Position numbers and translations under genes: made by a program. From Octopus bimaculoides (taxonomy: Eukaryota): 35,104 nt of DNA. Position 1 is the stretch's first letter; each line of letters opens with the position of its first letter. The stretch is from the NCBI RefSeq assembly GCF_001194135.2, contig NC_068983.1, forward strand, positions 140,060,646-140,095,749. The letters run 5' to 3'. Below the pieces are notes generated by a model that did not search any database, was not told where the DNA came from, and saw only the letters and a list, made by a program, of their open reading frames with translations. Of this stretch, positions 22,858 to 35,104 are shown in pieces.

Positions 22858-24684
22858 TTTTTCAATATGTTATACTAGAGGAAAAACAAATTCGTATATT
22901 TGAATGTTAAATAGAGGATTAATATTATGAATTCATATACAATTATTAAATAGTTCAAAGTAACAAAAAATGTTTTGCTAAATTAAAAGCTGCAGTCATG
23001 GTCTTTTATTCTACAGCAGTGCAATTGAAGCTCAGCGTTTGGATACTATAACAATATATAGCCAATATATACTCAGATCAACTAACAGAGAAGGAATCAT
23101 AACAACGAGTAGTTCAATGAAACTGATAAAGATTTGGTGATATTGTTTCTGCTGAAAATAAGGTGAAAATTGAGTAGATAATATGAATAATTCATAGGTA
23201 AATCTTCTGAAGACGCAATTGAATTTTTTACCTGACGTGCTAGTAATATCAGTCAAATATGAATCAAATGTTGTTTCAGCATTCAAAATTATTCTGTTGA
23301 AAAATTATACAACGTTACTACTATTCATTTGAGTTAGAAAAATAAACATGCTTTGGGTTACTTAAGTAATACGATATGAATTTAATACGATATGAATTTG
23401 ATTTCATTGTTTTACTGAGTGTGAATGGAGGCTATGGTCAGAGTTCGATCGCAGCATCAATCCACGTACAGCATTAGAGGAATTATACGCCCGAGCAGGG
23501 TTGGCATGGCTCTAAACATATAAAAAAAAACATATAAGAAGCGGTGTTTCATCTGCAAATACCTAAGCAGTCGATAATGTCCGATTAGCGAAATTTATAG
23601 GGAGTATTCGTGTTTAATTTTACACATGACATTCGTTTAGGTCTTAAATTGCCCTAAGTATCGCACTGTAAAGAAATATCAATATTTAAGATTTGAAACT
23701 TCTAAAATCAAAATATAATGCTTCCAGGCAGATAATACGTTAGTTTTCTATTTAAATGACTCGAATAATTTGAAGAAGTGTGGCAACGTTACCTGCAGTA
23801 GATTAATAATGTTAGCAAGAGAATGGTTTTTCCCATCAACATAGTGCAACACAAATGGGAAATATTTCTTGATCTTAAAGATCTTCAAAACTTGATAAAG
23901 AGAATGTAAAGCAAGTGATAACACAGTAAGAAAATAAATTCAGTGTGAGCATCAGTGTTTCTTTGAAAATCAGATTATAGTTTTTACTTCATGGCATGAT
24001 GTTTTAGGGAGAAAATCAATCGTGGACAGGATACCAATTGATCACATGTAATCTTCTAACTTAATTACCCACCTATCCTGGAAAGCGAGGTTAAACGAGA
24101 TAATTGAGAATAACGTTCCTGCTCAGAAACCCAAGGAAATGACAGTTGCAAGTTGTACCTGATGAAACAGGCGCAAAATGTTATAGGTAACAGAATTCCA
24201 TATTCTGCTGGCAAGTTGACGCCTGTTCGATTAATATCCAACTTTAAAACAACGGTAAAAGAGATTTACTGAGATAAAGAATTAATATTTAGCAAGTTGG
24301 ATTTAGAAAATTAAAATACATTTAAATATATTCCTTCCTAAATGAATTAACATTAGTTATCATGACCCAGTGGGGGGGGGGTAGCCTGCGTGAGAGACTT
24401 ACAAGACATAGCAGCAAAAACTTCCAAACACTGAATTGAAACCACTACAAATAATATAGTTTGGGAATAAAGTATGTTGAATTACACAATGACCGCGAGG
24501 AGGTCATGTATGGAAATATTTTGATCATTGGTAGACTCTTTCACCATTATAAGAATCACATGTTCAAGAATGCAATTACGATGATTTTCACATTACAAAA
24601 TTGTTAAAGTTCAAGAGTTTAAAGTGTAATTCCCTGCGTTTAGGACATGATTGAAAAGTTTCCCTTTCACACAGGACAACAAAT

Positions 24685-24830
24685 AAATTGGCAGAGTAGG
24701 TAAAGAGTGGGATACAATGTTATGTGAAACGTGTCCCAACAGTCATTGATCTAATTTAAAATTCTGTTCGGTTAACTTTTCTCATTTTGGAAGTCGATAA
24801 AAAAAAAATATTAGTAGTAGATGATGGAGT
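24685..24830 (+). mobile_element. Degenerate SINE family A
   Basis: TGGCAGAGTAGG head; TTTAAAATTCTGTTCGGTTAACTTT...GGAAGTCGATAAAA is collinear with better copies. Confidence 0.5.
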
Positions 24831-26174
24831 GTCACACATGTACAAGATGTCAAAATGAGACACTTTGCCATTAAGGTGTTAACATTTTACATTTAGACTT
24901 CAAATTCGATCTCCAGTCGCCGGTTTCATAGGGAACTAATTAACAGTAATTGGTTTCTATTCTGAGACAGTGCAATACTTCTACTGAAGTAACATCACGA
25001 TCTCATATGTGAGACAGCCGGATACCGGACAAAGTGGAATAATGCTATGACAGAAAATGAAAAAGAGGGGAAATAACTTATTTTCGGGTATTTTTAAGAT
25101 GTACATTTCGAGGATAATATCAAAATTTCGAATCAACATTACAAGTGAAATAGTAACTGACACTAAAAGGATAGAACTGTAAGTTCACGTGATACTTGTC
25201 GAATATTCAACACACCGAGAAATAAATAATTTAACTTACATACAAACAGCGAAGTTTTGCGGATATGTTAGGGCTCACAGCCCTTGGGAGGCATACTACG
25301 CCAGTGCTATTGACGACATTAATATTCTTTTTGAACTTTTGTAAATGAACACTTGTGGAAGTGAACTGAACATGGTGGGAATTCCGAAATGTCCGAAGAG
25401 GAAAGAATGGGTGTAACAATTAGATTAGGGTATGGGGTGGACAAGCCGAAGATAGTTGGAAGGGAGACGGGCGGGAGCAGCACCTACTGGACGTGGCACG
25501 AACATAATTCGCTCCGAGGCAAATACCTTTATAGTAGTGCTTGAAGAACTGGAGCTGTTTCTAACCTAAATGCTGTTGAGAAATAAACGTAAAGAAGTAC
25601 CGCTAAAGTATAATAATCACAAACTAACTTTACTCGAGAACTTAGATAACAAATCAATTCAATACAAAGCTAACAGACAAGGTATTTTCTATTTCGTAAA
25701 TGCTTGAAGGAGAAATAAATATGTACGTAACAATCAACAATAAACATCAAACTTAGGTATACAAACAAAACAAAATAACTTACTTTACGTTTGTTTTATC
25801 ACTCAAGTTCTTTCTCACAACCACGTATATAAATAAATATAATTTATAAAAATATATTTATCTATATATCGTACATACGGGCGTGAAAGTAATGTATTTA
25901 TATATATATATATGTATAATAGTTTTACTCCCTGGTTTGGCACTCAGTATTACTGCTATATTCGCGAAGCTTTAGAAAATTGTCCTGCGTGTTGAAGCTA
26001 GTATCTGTTTTGAAAAGTTATAATGAGAGTCCATCCAACACGGTAAGTAGACTATATGAAGGCGAGAGTCAGGCAAAACGCAAGCAGGCATGTATGCCGG
26101 TGACACAGCATAGACAAGCAGTTCTAGCTGATATCCCATGCCTGCTGGGTGTTCCAAGAACTTCCGCTATTTCT

Positions 26175-26345
26175 TAACACACGCACGCACACACATACAC
26201 AAACAAGTACATACACATACGCACGCACGCGCACACAGAGAGTCACAAGCTAACACAAATGCATATTTAATATATATACACCAACACACACTCACACACG
26301 CATACAAACACATACACATACACAAACACACACACATGTACGTAA
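26175..26345. repeat. Degenerate (CA)n tract
   Basis: Direct reading. Confidence 0.9.
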
Positions 26346-26505
26346 ACGTTAAATATAAGCATTTACCTACGAATATGTAATATAGATATGTTTCGATCAA
26401 AGATTGGTCCAGGCCATGTCTAACTTAATAACACCACCTGAGAGGATTATCTAAATCCTTTTTACAATATATATAATATATATAATATATATGATAATAC
26501 ATATC

Positions 26506-26557
<52 letters not shown>

Positions 26558-27515
26558 NNNNNNNNNNNNNNNNNNNNNNNNNNNNNNNNNNNNNNNNNNN
26601 NNNNNNNNNNNNNNNNNNNNNNNNNNNNNNNNNNNNNNNNNNNNNNNNNNNNNNNNNNNNNNNNNNNNNNNNNNNNNNNNNNNNNNNNNNNNNNNNNNNN
26701 NNNNNNNNNNNNNNNNNNNNNNNNNNNNNNNNNNNNNNNNNNNNNNNNNNNNNNNNNNNNNNNNNNNNNNNNNNNNNNNNNNNNNNNNNNNNNNNNNNNN
26801 NNNNNNNNNNNNNNNNNNNNNNNNNNNNNNNNNNNNNNNNNNNNNNNNNNNNNNNNNNNNNNNNNNNNNNNNNNNNNNNNNNNNNNNNNNNNNNNNNNNN
26901 NNNNNNNNNNNNNNNNNNNNNNNNNNNNNNNNNNNNNNNNNNNNNNNNNNNNNNNNNNNNNNNNNNNNNNNNNNNNNNNNNNNNNNNNNNNNNNNNNNNN
27001 NNNNNNNNNNNNNNNNNNNNNNNNNNNNNNNNNNNNNNNNNNNNNNNNNNNNNNNNNNNNNNNNNNNNNNNNNNNNNNNNNNNNNNNNNNNNNNNNNNNN
27101 NNNNNNNNNNNNNNNNNNNNNNNNNNNNNNNNNNNNNNNNNNNNNNNNNNNNNNNNNNNNNNNNNNNNNNNNNNNNNNNNNNNNNNNNNNNNNNNNNNNN
27201 NNNNNNNNNNNNNNNNNNNNNNNNNNNNNNNNNNNNNNNNNNNNNNNNNNNNNNNNNNNNNNNNNNNNNNNNNNNNNNNNNNNNNNNNNNNNNNNNNNNN
27301 NNNNNNNNNNNNNNNNNNNNNNNNNNNNNNNNNNNNNNNNNNNNNNNNNNNNNNNNNNNNNNNNNNNNNNNNNNNNNNNNNNNNNNNNNNNNNNNNNNNN
27401 NNNNNNNNNNNNNNNNNNNNNNNNNNNNNNNNNNNNNNNNNNNNNNNNNNNNNNNNNNNNNNNNNNNNNNNNNNNNNNNNNNNNNNNNNNNNNNNNNNNN
27501 NNNNNNNNNNNNNNN
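26558..27515. other. Assembly gap (N-run)
   Basis: Ns flanked by (TA)n on both sides. Confidence 1.
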
Positions 27516-27548
<33 letters not shown>

Positions 27549-28819
27549 TTATGTATGTATGTATGTATATATGTATGTATATGTGTGTGTATATGTTTAT
27601 ATGCACATACATATACACATATACACAAAGTTTTATATATATGTGTGTGTGCGTATGTATATATATATAAATGCATGTATATGCGTATATATACTAATAC
27701 TTGCGTTTATGTCAAGTTATCATTCAATAAAAACACTATAAAGTTAAACACAAGAATTACTCAATACTTCTTTGTAGTGTACATACTTATTAATACTTTT
27801 AGAAGAATGTGACAGGAACTCCCAAGATTCTGCCCTGCTAGCCAACGTTTTAATGCATTTAGATTTGTGTATGTGAATGTGTCTCTTCGTGTATTTTGGG
27901 TTTTGTTTAGTCTAAAATCAGTCCCGTTAAACTAAATCTGTGAATAAAAGATTGCTAACAGGAGTAAACTTTCGTTTTCTTTTATGATATGTATACAACT
28001 ATATTTCTCCATTTCGTTTGTATTCTTTTAAAATATGTGCAAGCTATTTGAGGCGTATTTAACTGCTAATTTTAGCAGGTAGTTGGAAAAATTAAACTAT
28101 ACTTTGTCGGTTGGAAATTAGCCAGCCATTTCAACGTACTCTGAATGCACAGTCATAGTGGCTATGTATGCTATATTGTTGGTGTCGGTATTTTAAGGGT
28201 TGGCGATAGTCTTTCTTATGGGTATGCAGGTAGAACTGGCAATCGTGGTTATGTTATTTGTCGTGTCCATAGTAGTAGTGGTTATGTGCACTTGTAATAA
28301 TTTAGCAATTATTAATTTACCTGCGCTGTTGGTAATTGATACAGAGGTGTCTGTATCGTGTCCGATTACACATGCAGTCAGCTGTTTTCTTATTGCTGAA
28401 ATCTATACTTGTGCTTGTATCGATATACTGGAGTTGTATATATGCTTTACGATACACATATAATGTAACACTGCAGCATATACAAACGCATTCCTCTGTT
28501 CGCATATGATAATAGGTGTAATTAAATGTAACATTTCTACTGTTCGGAAGCTGGTTCAATTGATATTATACTTTCACTTGCTCAGTCAACAATTACCAAG
28601 CATTAAATCATACTATTTTTACCTTTTCAATCTCATGCAAAATCGAATATTCACGTAACTAACTCATGCTGTACCTAGCAACATATATTATCAACATAAT
28701 ACACAAATGTGCATACACGCTCACACACTGACACAGGCACATATACGCATATATATATATATACATATACATACATGTGTGTGTTTGTGTGTGTGTGTAT
28801 GTGTGTGTGTGTGTGTGTG

Positions 28820-28983
28820 AAGAGCAGCTGTGTGGTAAGAACCCTGCTTCCCAACCGCACGGCTTCTGGTTAAGTCCACTGCATTGCACCTTCGGCTGGT
28901 GTTTAGTGTTATAGTCCAGGGGCCGACCAAAGTCTTGTTAGCAAATCCAGATTTAGTGGAGGGAAAGTGAATGAAGCCTGTCG
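28820..28983 (+). mobile_element. SINE family B head and body
   Basis: GCTGTGTGGTAAG A-box-like motif, CCACTGCATTGCACCTT, GGGCCGACCAAAG, GGAAAGTGAATGAAGCCTGTCG, then a (CA)-type tract. Homologous to 30973 and 32290. Confidence 0.85.
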
Positions 28984-29988
28984 CAAATGTGTATGTGTAA
29001 GCACATACACACACACACAAGCACTCAAAAACGCACACACACATATGTATATACACGCGCAAAAGCAAAGTTACAAATACACACGTTTCCCCACCTTTAT
29101 AAGTCATACATGAATTGAAGTTGAACTCCGCAAGAGACGCAAATATTTTTTTGAAGCATGCTTCTTTTTTTAAAAACGACAAGACAAATAGAAAGGTGCC
29201 TGCAGTTACTTATCCAGAACTTCATGTGATAACATCGCAAAAACTTAGAAGCATATTTTGTACAATAAGTAAAAGAGGCCTAAGTGCAGCTACTAAAATT
29301 ACAGGACACTTCTCTAATTTCACATGCATTCCGCTTCATTGCTGACAATATAGAACTTAGTTGAGCAAAAAAGGAGAGCTTAAATGGAAAAGAGGAGCTA
29401 CGGGAAATAACTAAGAGGAATATGGCTCCACTCTTTGGAGAGTAGGCAAGAAATATATTGTTGAATACATATACGAGTACGAACGTGGAACTTTATACAT
29501 ACTTAAAGACTATATGTATGTATCTATGTATGTATCACTTTCTCTGTGTGTATATAGATAAGGTAATCCCAGATGCTTTACTTGAAAACTTTATCGAAAT
29601 CTGCAATTCTCCTAAATGACCATACTATGATACACTCTATTTCCCACAAAACTTATCTCGATTAATGTAGCCATTCACTGACATGTTTCATTTGAAAGAC
29701 CAATGGCTCTATTATAATTTGCCCTAACATTGAAAGAGATATATGTGAAGAGGTTGCCAGTGTTGAAATCTTGAGTTCGTATATTTTCCGACATTACGTC
29801 AACAATCAAAATTGAACAGTGGAAATGATTTCAGATTTAATTTTAAGAGTTGTTACTCAGTGTCGTGACATATTTCATAGTGTGCATCTGTATATGATCA
29901 AATTGATGAAGCCAGCAGAGGAACATTGTGTCGAAATGATCGCAGGACAACTTGTGATGAAATTTTTTATCAAGAAAAAAAAAAAGCG

Positions 29989-30058
29989 GTCCAGGAATTG
30001 AAACTACGACCTTACGTCGTGAGTGCATCACTCCAGTCACTAGGCAATGCACCGTCTT
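29989..30058 (-). mobile_element. tRNA-derived SINE head, family C fragment
   Basis: Reverse complement GCATTGCCTAGTGACTGGAGTGATGCACTCACGACGTAAGGTCGTAGTTTCAATTCCTGG has A-box-like, anticodon-arm-like and B-box-like segments. Confidence 0.55.
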
Positions 30059-30108
30059 ATATACAGCCACATTCCCACCGAAACACACAAAATTCAATAT
30101 TTGTATAA

Positions 30109-30155
<47 letters not shown>

Positions 30156-30767
30156 TTTATGTGTTTACGAACAGATTGTGTGAACGTTTCGTTTTCAATG
30201 TTGTCTTTTAGGAAACGTTAGGGAGATAGTACCCAGTACTCAATTCAGAGCTTCTGTCGCTGCGTATAAAATCATTTCGCTTAAATAAGCTAAGCCCGTA
30301 TGGTGGCGTTAAACCAACCACGGCATTAAATCTATCACTTAAGTGCAATACTTATTCAGCAGATTTGATTTCATATACATTTTATGCTTATTTTTTTGCT
30401 GTGGTTCAACCGACATAATTGTTAGATAAAGCAGCTCCGGTTATTATGCATTGGGCTAATACGTACAGCAACATAGAATAAAATATTTGCAAGTATCCAG
30501 ACATAAACACGAAATAAGGATTTGCTGGATATCACTGCAAATATATGATATACGCACACTGTTAAACTGTCACTTGGATAACGTGTTCATCCCTAGCATT
30601 TGAAACACAGGAGATCTGTTAAGATTTTAAACGGGATCCCTTGGTTCAGAGCTATGGAATCAAACGTTCAGACTGACTGCATAACTGGCAAGAAGTAACA
30701 GTGATTTTTCTTGAGCCAATAGAGTCTTCATATTTACCATCATGACTTTCTCTTAATTATCCCAATG

Positions 30768-30835
<68 letters not shown>

Positions 30836-30972
30836 CGAACACATATATATGTAGAGAGAGGGAGGAAGAGAGATGGGGACCGAAACATTGATAGATATAT
30901 AGATGGATATAGATACATAAACATACATAATGTTACGGATATATATTTGTGCGTGTTATGTTTATCTAACAA

Positions 30973-31130
30973 GAGCGAGGCTTTGTGACAAGAAGCTTGC
31001 TTCTCTGCCACCGGGTTCCAGGATTAGTCCCACTGTGTGGAACCTTGGACAAATATCTTCTATTATAGCCTCGGGCTGCTGAAAACCTTGTAAGTGGATT
31101 TGGTAGACGGAAATTGAATGAAGTACGTCG
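30973..31130 (+). mobile_element. SINE family B head and body
   Basis: AGTCCCACTGTGTGGAACCTTGGACAAATATCTTCTATTATAGCCTCGGG...GTGGATTTGGTAGACGGAAATTGAATGAAGTACGTCG followed by (TA)n. Confidence 0.88.
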
Positions 31131-31139
31131 TATAGTACA

Positions 31140-31175
<36 letters not shown>

Positions 31176-31179
31176 CAAC

Positions 31180-31560
31180 ACGTCACCAACAGTAAACAAC
31201 ATGAAATACGAAAACAAATGAGTTCAATACGCAAACAACAAGAGAAACAAATGGAAAACAGGACAAGTGACGCAAAGAACGACCTTTCATCAGTTGTCGT
31301 ATGTCTGACTACTCCTCATTTCGAGCATTCAGCGACAATATGAGTCTTGGAAAACTTTTGTTCCCATAAATACCAAAATAAAAATCTGGATTTACTGAGG
31401 GTACGAGCTGGGAACAGAAACAGGACAGTGGAGGCATACAAAGAAATCGAAGAAAAACAAACATGGAGGGTCGTTAGACAAGAACAAGGGTAAAATAGCG
31501 AACTCTGGAGAAATATTTTCTTTGGAAAGAGACGAGATAGAAGAGAGACATAGTAGACGT
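31180..31560 (-). mobile_element. Unclassified insertion separating a SINE B body from its tail
   Basis: ~380 bp purine-rich (plus strand) block between the (TA)n following the 30973 body and the 31582 tail. Family not established from this window. Confidence 0.4.
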
Positions 31561-31581
31561 CCAGTTCTTGTATATATCTAT

Positions 31582-31737
31582 GTGCCTGTATTTGTGTCTG
31601 AGTTCCCCACCACCACCACCGCAAACATCACTTGACAACTGCTACTGGTGTGTTTACATACACGTAAATCTGCGGTTCGGCAAAAACCACCGATAGAATG
31701 TGTTCTAAGATTACAAAAATAACTGAAACAAGAGAAT
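31582..31737 (+). mobile_element. SINE family B tail with internal deletion
   Basis: CATCACTTGACAAC...GGTGTGTTTAC...GCGGTTCGGCAAAAACCACCGATAGAAT...ACTGAAACAAGAGAA. Confidence 0.85.
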
Positions 31738-31772
31738 ACACACACACGCACGCGCGCGCAGACGCAAACACA

Positions 31773-31804
<32 letters not shown>

Positions 31805-31895
31805 TACACATACACATACACACACATACACGCACGCGCATGCACACGCAAACAAACACACCCACATACACACGCGCGCACACACACGCACTCAT
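31738..31895. repeat. (CA)n/(CG) compound microsatellite
   Basis: Direct reading. Confidence 0.95.
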
Positions 31896-31961
31896 ATATA
31901 TAACGGCGGTGTCTCAGCAAGACCAAAGCTTTAAGGCTGAAACAATTTAAAGATTTAAAGT

Positions 31962-31992
<31 letters not shown>

Positions 31993-32003
31993 TTATGCGT
32001 GCA

Positions 32004-32227
32004 TTCTTTTACTATTTTCAGTCATTCTACTGCGGCAATGCATGGAGCACTGCATTTGGTCGAACAAATCGACCCCAGGACTTACTCTTTTGTAAGCCTA
32101 ATAGATGTTCTATCGGTCTTTTTTACCAAACCGATAATTGCATTGGACGTAAACACTCCAGCATCGGTTGTCAAGTGATGGCGGGAGCACAAACATAATC
32201 ACACAAAGATATATGTACGTAAGTATA

Positions 32228-32292
<65 letters not shown>

Positions 32293-32450
32293 GAGGGTGT
32301 TCTTTCAGTTTCCGTGTCACATATCCTCTCACAGGGCTTTGGTCGGCCTGAAGATATGGAAGACTCTTGCCCAATGTACCACTCAGTGAGATTGAACCCG
32401 GAACCATATCGTTGGCAAGTAGGCTTCTTAGCACACAGCCAATCCCGCGC
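32004..32450 (-). mobile_element. Full-length SINE family B: tRNA head, body, internal (AT)n, tail
   Basis: Head 32450-32290 (TTGGCTGTGTG A-box-like; GGTTCAATCTC B box at 32398-32388), (AT)n 32224-32289, tail 32194-32004 ending in GTAAAAGAA. Confidence 0.9.
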
Positions 32451-32580
32451 GTAAACATACACAAACATTTACATGAGTTTGTGTTTGTTTATGTATGTAT
32501 GCATGAATGAATGGATGACCAGAAACTGAAAACGACGACAAATCCTCGTAGGGAAAACTTTTAGTAATAGTTGTAGGAAC

Positions 32581-32875
32581 GGGTGTGCATGTGATCGCCT
32601 CCCAAGAGAATGGTTTCGTGTTCAGTCCCAATGTGTGTCACTGTGGGGAAGTGAACTCTGATCTAGTGTCTGGAAAAGAAAATACTTTTGAGTTGATTAA
32701 TTGCACGGAAACTAAAGGTATCCTGTCGTGTATGTATATACGTATAAATATTTTCATACCAACATATATGCCTCTTTCATATATGTGTCCGTGCGTGTGT
32801 GTGCTGCGTGTATGTGGGTGCATGTGTTTTTTTTTTCGTGTTTGTCACCCACCATCTCTTAAAGAATGGGCTTGG
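32581..32875 (+). mobile_element. Degenerate SINE family B
   Basis: GTGTTCAGTCCCAATGTGTGTCAC...CACGGAAACTAAAGGTATCCTGTCG, then TATG/TG tract, then GTTTGTCACCCACCATC tail start. Confidence 0.6.
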
Positions 32876-33139
32876 CATGTGTACGACCCCATAACATAGC
32901 GATTCAGTAAAACAGAATCCGATAGAGTACGTACCAAACATCTAGAATATACCGTAACGGGGTGGATTTGTTCGGATGTATACCATAACATAATGTTGCT
33001 AACTATATAAATAGATATAAGTATATGCATATACATACACAATATATAAATACGTATATATGCGTAGGTTTACACACACAAGGAAAACACATGCACACAC
33101 ACATATATATATATACAGAGAGGGACATATATTTTCATA

Positions 33140-33330
33140 TATCCTTCATGCTGTATCTGTCATTAGACAGTGGCCCTGCTGGTGTACCGTTTTGAGTGTT
33201 TTAGTCGGACGAGAAATACATGTCAGTAAGCGTGGTAGTTGTTCTACCGCTGTTTATGCCGAACCGTGAGATACGGTGATGTAAACGCACCAACACCGGT
33301 AGTCAAGCGGTTAGTGGTGGGGACAAACGC
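33140..33330 (-). mobile_element. SINE family B tail; head presumably lost in the adjacent gap
   Basis: Reverse complement GCGTTTGTCCCCACCACTAACCGCTTGACTACCGGTGTTGGTGCGTTTACATC...CGGTTCGGCA matches the other tails; microsatellite upstream on minus. Confidence 0.8.
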
Positions 33331-33363
33331 GAAAAAAAAACACAATAAATATACAAACTTAAA

Positions 33364-33408
<45 letters not shown>

Positions 33409-33478
33409 AGACATAAACACATACATACACAAACATATATATATATATGCATGTATTTATGTGTATACACCCACACAG

Positions 33479-33511
<33 letters not shown>

Positions 33512-33514
33512 CAT

Positions 33515-33946
33515 NNNNNNNNNNNNNNNNNNNNNNNNNNNNNNNNNNNNNNNNNNNNNNNNNNNNNNNNNNNNNNNNNNNNNNNNNNNNNNNNNNNNNN
33601 NNNNNNNNNNNNNNNNNNNNNNNNNNNNNNNNNNNNNNNNNNNNNNNNNNNNNNNNNNNNNNNNNNNNNNNNNNNNNNNNNNNNNNNNNNNNNNNNNNNN
33701 NNNNNNNNNNNNNNNNNNNNNNNNNNNNNNNNNNNNNNNNNNNNNNNNNNNNNNNNNNNNNNNNNNNNNNNNNNNNNNNNNNNNNNNNNNNNNNNNNNNN
33801 NNNNNNNNNNNNNNNNNNNNNNNNNNNNNNNNNNNNNNNNNNNNNNNNNNNNNNNNNNNNNNNNNNNNNNNNNNNNNNNNNNNNNNNNNNNNNNNNNNNN
33901 NNNNNNNNNNNNNNNNNNNNNNNNNNNNNNNNNNNNNNNNNNNNNN
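33515..33946. other. Assembly gap (N-run)
   Basis: Ns between (CA)n and (TA)n. Confidence 1.
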
Positions 33947-34282
33947 TATATATATATGTATATATATGTATATAGACATATACACATATCTATATAATAT
34001 ATATTGGGTTCATCTGTATGTGTGTTTGGGTGTGCGGGTTTCAGAGTGTGTGTATGTGTGTATGTGAGTGTGTGTATGTGTGGGTGGGTGTACGCGTGTG
34101 TGTGCGCCTGTGCTCGTCTCTGTCTAGTTGTTCGAACGTGTATTATGGTTACGGATGACATAAATTGTAGAAACATGCAATATTCAATTTGATTTTGGAC
34201 TGAACAATAACACCACAATCCCGTTCGGAAAAAAAAAAGACATCTGATTTGACGCTTATGATTGGTTGCCTGTTCTACAATG

Positions 34283-34500
<218 letters not shown>

Positions 34501-35104
34501 TACATACACATATGTATGTGAGCGTGTGTTCGAGTTTGAGTGCGTGTTCGTGCATGTGCGTCTGTACTTGTTTGCCTTTGAGTGTGCGTATATATCTATA
34601 AATTTATATACAGGTATATGATACGATACCAAATATACTATATATTATTGTTATTGCTATTGTTACAGTTACTATTAATATTATTGTCTTATACATAATA
34701 TATATATACTTCATATGTATTTATTTGCATACTCTTACACACAGAATCACACATGTATGTACTAAAGTGAAGAAGTGAAAAAAAAAAACTCAATCAAACG
34801 TTATCGCGATTGATAAAAATGTATATAACAATGTGTATATACCGAAATAAGTGGAGACACATGCAAATTTGTAATAGAAAATCTAATACACTGTCAGATT
34901 GTAAGCTAGGTGATTCACTATTTACCTATCAGGCAATATAGATAGATATATAGGATGGCAGGTTGTAAAATAGATTGTTAGTTATCAAGATGTATTCAAC
35001 AACAGACAGATATATTCTGTAAAGCAGGTAGATAGATTTAGAAATAAAGTAGTGATACACATTTAAACAGGAGGAGAGAGAGTTTATGGATAGATAGATG
35101 AATG

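Noticed and set aside
23368-23399. 16-bp direct tandem duplication AATACGATATGAATTT x2 (similar short ones at ~1207-1237 and ~12660-12685)
   Set aside because: Ordinary slippage duplications; no spacers or array, so not CRISPR-like.
24125-24185. CCTGATGAA preceded by GAAACCCAAGG, faintly like the hammerhead SINE tail
   Set aside because: No stem II and no GAAA in register; similarity too low to call.
25976-26048. Possible plus-strand exon ending ACG|GTAAGT
   Set aside because: Several GTAAGT hexamers are expected per strand at this composition; peptide unrecognised.
29895-29945. TTGATGA...GAAA hammerhead-like spacing
   Set aside because: First core C is missing, and stems I and II do not pair convincingly.
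31280-31330. Minus-strand GAAA followed by CTGATGA (possible type II hammerhead) within the unclassified insertion
   Set aside because: I could not build stems I and III or an NUH triplet; worth revisiting only with a family consensus.

Overview
AT-rich eukaryotic genomic DNA from a gapped short-read scaffold (7 N-runs, each abutting a microsatellite). The repeat content (tRNA-derived SINEs with internal microsatellites, TAA-tailed R4/Dong LINEs, very dense TA/CA/CT/TAA tracts) suggests a coleoid cephalopod, probably Octopus; this is inference from recalled repeat families, not a search. No intact host protein gene was identified, and the ORF track is almost all microsatellite, gap or dead-transposon artefact. 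Supported content: a decayed mariner transposase (1.2-1.9 kb, minus); a possible Penelope-like relic (3.1-4.9 kb, minus); a tRNA-headed SINE carrying a hammerhead-ribozyme core and a 5' inverted duplication (6.4-6.7 kb); a ~350 bp fold-back palindrome (7.4-7.75 kb); an isolated near-perfect ~55 nt hairpin (11.6 kb); a chain of four co-oriented, sequence-distinct R4/Dong-clade retroelement pieces separated by (TAA)n arrays (13.6-20.9 kb); and about 15 SINE copies or fragments of at least three further families, some forming inverted pairs.
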